NCBI RefSeq assembly: GCF_000186885.1
Contig: NC_014972.1
Coordinates: 1,590,001 to 1,622,000, forward strand
Length of the DNA: 32,000 bases
DNA from: Desulfobulbus propionicus DSM 2032
GTDB lineage: Bacteria > Desulfobacterota > Desulfobulbia > Desulfobulbales > Desulfobulbaceae
Reading direction: 5' to 3'
Every line of letters begins with the position of its first letter. Position 1 is the stretch's first letter. The notes below the pieces were generated by a model. It worked only from the letters and a program-made list of their open reading frames with translations. It had not been told where the DNA came from and did no database searches. This document shows positions 29,692 to 32,000 of the stretch, piece after piece. Both the position numbers and the translations under genes were made by a program.

Positions 29692-31260
29692 TCACGTTCG
29701 TCTCAATCCGCCGGTCTTCGTTTGGACGGAATGATGAATGACCTGATTTCTCCCCAGTTTCTTGGCCGCATACAGAGCCGTGTCAGCCATGCCGATCAGA
29801 TCGTTTTTGCTGCATGCGGTCTCGGCGGGCCGGACAGTGGCCGCTCCGATGCTGACGGTAACCCGGAAATGGCGTTCTCCGTTGAAAAAATCGTGGTCGG
29901 CGATAGCGTTGCATAACTTCCTGGCCACGGTCACCGCCCCTTCCGCATCGGTTTCCGGCAGGATAAAGGCGAATTCCTCGCCGCCGTAGCGGGCCATCAG
30001 ATCGTACTCGCGAATCGCGGTCTGCGCTACCTGGCATAGTTCCTTGAGAATGAAATCGCCGATCTGGTGTCCGTTGACGTCGTTGAATTTCTTGAAGTGG
30101 TCGATGTCCGCCAACAAAAGGGAGAGCGGCGCATGATTGCGGATGGCCCGATTGATTTCCGAGTGAAGGGAATGATGGAAAAAACGATGGTTGCTGATCT
30201 CGGTCAACCCGTCGAGGTTGGCCAGCTTTTCCAGCAGGCGGTTCCGCTCGGTCAACTGCCGTCGTATCTGTTCCAGCGCGGTCTTGGCCTGGGTCAGTTC
30301 GCGGTGCATCGCTTCATAACTGAGATGAAGCAAGCTGAGTCGGATATTGGCCTCCTGGATGATCTCGGCCACCGGTCGCAACGAGGTGATGTTCACCCCA
30401 AAAAAGCGGGCTGATTTTTCGATTTCCCGGTTGATGATCTTGAGGATGGTCTTGATTTTCACGTCTTCCAGGCCGAGCAGCCGATGGGCGTGGTCCACAA
30501 ACTGGCGGTGAAATCGCTCGGGATGAACGGAAAAGAAAATCCTGGTGACCAGCGCGGACAAGTGAGTGATTTTAATGGCCAGATCCTCTTTCGGATCCGT
30601 ACCGGGGTAGGCAAGGGGATCGTGATGGTAGCGGATGGCGGCTAGAATGGGGGAGGGGAGTGCCCATAAACGGCCAATTTCAGCGCCAGAGATGGTGTGT
30701 GTCAGGCCAATATATTCTTCTTCCAAGGAAAGTTCGCACACCTCGGCTGAACCAGCCGTCAGGTGCTGTGTTAGCCGGTCGTAACGCCTGGGGATTGTGA
30801 GCGCGAAGATTAAACAACCGATATCCTGCAGCAAACCAATGGTAAACATTTCCTCGGGGTCCATCCGCCCGGTCTGTTCGGCAAGCAGGCGAGCGGCTGT
30901 CGCGCCAACCAGCGAGCGTTCCCAGAATTGATTGAGATCAAACCGATCGTGGGACTGTGCCTCTCCCATGGAGAGAAAAGTGAAACTCAGGACCAGGCTG
31001 CGCACCGCGTTGATCCCCAGCAGGGAGACAGCTTGACTGATCGAGCCGATCTTTTGCGGAAAACAATACAAGGCGGAATTGGCGACCTTGAGAATTCTGG
31101 CTGAAAGTGCCATGTCCTGGGCGATGAGGGTTGTCAGGTCAGGAAAAGAAATGTCGTCCTGTGAGGTAACTTCGAGGACCTTGGCGGCAACAGCTGGAAG
31201 TGTCGGCAGCGAGGCGGAGGAGAGAATCGCGTTAAGCGCTTTGTTGAGTGGCGTGGACAT
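29692..31260 (-). CDS. HDOD-GGDEF domain protein (putative diguanylate cyclase)
   Basis: N-terminal HDOD (LPAVAAKVLEVTSQDD...LARILKVANSA...ISQAVSLLGINAVRSLVLSF). C-terminal DGLTEISNHRFF, LLADIDHFKKFND, ARYGGEEFAFILPE. Confidence 0.92.
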   Translation of the reverse strand: MSTPLNKALNAILSSASLPTLPAVAAKVLEVTSQDDISFPDLTTLIAQDMALSARILKVANSALYCFPQKIGSISQAVSLLGINAVRSLVLSFTFLSMGEAQSHDRFDLNQFWERSLVGATAARLLAEQTGRMDPEEMFTIGLLQDIGCLIFALTIPRRYDRLTQHLTAGSAEVCELSLEEEYIGLTHTISGAEIGRLWALPSPILAAIRYHHDPLAYPGTDPKEDLAIKITHLSALVTRIFFSVHPERFHRQFVDHAHRLLGLEDVKIKTILKIINREIEKSARFFGVNITSLRPVAEIIQEANIRLSLLHLSYEAMHRELTQAKTALEQIRRQLTERNRLLEKLANLDGLTEISNHRFFHHSLHSEINRAIRNHAPLSLLLADIDHFKKFNDVNGHQIGDFILKELCQVAQTAIREYDLMARYGGEEFAFILPETDAEGAVTVARKLCNAIADHDFFNGERHFRVTVSIGAATVRPAETACSKNDLIGMADTALYAAKKLGRNQVIHHSVQTKTGGLRRT

Positions 31261-31628
31261 GACCGATGCTGTCGTTCGTGCGAGTCGGAATGGACAGGGT
31301 GGTAGCCTAACGAGAAAAAAGATTTTTTTATATCACGCCGTTCCCTGATTTGCTTCTCTCTTTTTGATGGCAGCCGCATTTAATCAAAACCGAACAGGAA
31401 TCATGGCGAAGGAATGCTGAAGGAACGCAATTATCGAGGAAACCTGTCATGGCCGGTAACGCCTTGTGAGACATGCGAAAAAAAGAGTGTTGCTGGGTAA
31501 CGAGACAGGTTGGGGTGAAAGGAGGGGATGAAAAAAATCGACATGAAAAATCAACGGACTGCCAACAAAAACCAAGAAAATGGGAGAGCTGGTAAACAAA
31601 AGTCTTGCGAAGGCTGCTTGAATTTGTC

Positions 31629-31657
31629 TTGACACTCTAATTGTTTGCTGGTATTTG
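31629..31657 (+). promoter_or_regulatory. Possible sigma-70-type promoter upstream of tRNA-Val
   Basis: TTGACA (31629-31634), 17-nt spacer, TATTTG (31652-31657). Confidence 0.45.
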
Positions 31658-31713
31658 ACTTGCGGTTTTCAGCGGTATGCTGTATAAAAGCCATTCCAAA
31701 CATCAAATGATGT

Positions 31714-31788
31714 AGGCGCGTAGCTCAGTGGGAGAGCGCTACCTTGACGTGGTAGATGTCGTCGGTTCGACCCCGTCCGCGCCTACCA
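31714..31788 (+). tRNA. tRNA-Val(GAC)
   Basis: AGGCGCG...CGCGCCT acceptor stem, CTACC-TTGACGT-GGTAG anticodon arm, GTTCGAC T-arm, encoded CCA. Confidence 0.93.
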
Positions 31789-31849
31789 ATTTTTCAAAGG
31801 CTAGGATGCAGATTTATCTGCTCATTAGCCTTTCCTTTTTACAGGCACG

Positions 31850-32000
31850 ATGGCAGAGATATCGGTTTCCTTACAAGACGGTGAAAATAAGTCGTTTCCG
31901 CTGGGGACAGCAGTCGCGGATGTGCTCAAGGATCTGGTTTCCGGTAAGCAGCGCAAGCAGACCGTGGCGGTGAAGTGCGACGGTCGTCTGCTGGATTTAT
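31850..32000 (+). CDS. thrS: Threonyl-tRNA synthetase, N-terminal TGS domain (truncated by window end)
   Basis: ATG at 31850; translation MAEISVSLQDGENKSFPLGTAVADVLKDLVSGKQRKQTVAVKCDGRLLDL matches the TGS-domain start of ThrRS. The frame is open to the window end. Confidence 0.75.
   Translation, partial: MAEISVSLQDGENKSFPLGTAVADVLKDLVSGKQRKQTVAVKCDGRLLDL

Overview
The window looks like a GC-rich Gram-negative chromosome, probably a Desulfobulbaceae-like or other deltaproteobacterial-type lineage (inference from gene content only). No mobile elements or CRISPR arrays were seen. From left to right it carries: a flavodoxin-fold NAD(P)H oxidoreductase; a tRNA-Thr; a lipoprotein-type cytochrome c with nine CxxCH motifs, tightly followed by rlpA; a trpE-G-D-C-F cluster with no trpB or trpA next to it; rpsT with a clear promoter and terminator; an exported two-block pentapeptide-repeat protein and a small exported charged protein; a tRNA-Val/tRNA-Asp unit; a co-oriented signalling block of about 13.7 kb; a DUF3999/DUF2339 membrane pair; a di-heme cytochrome c peroxidase; an HDOD-GGDEF protein; a second tRNA-Val; and the 5' end of thrS. 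The most interesting region is 13.7-18.5 kb. A sigma-54 activator response regulator is followed by tandem TTGTC-N8-GACA operator-like sites on a 19-bp period. Next comes a near-consensus -24/-12 promoter, then a 74-aa protein resembling RiPP-leader/LigA-like small proteins, overlapping a Cache-HAMP-PAS-GGDEF-EAL protein. A second candidate is a structured intergenic small RNA on the + strand at about 790-925. Everything is read by eye from the sequence; no database search was run.
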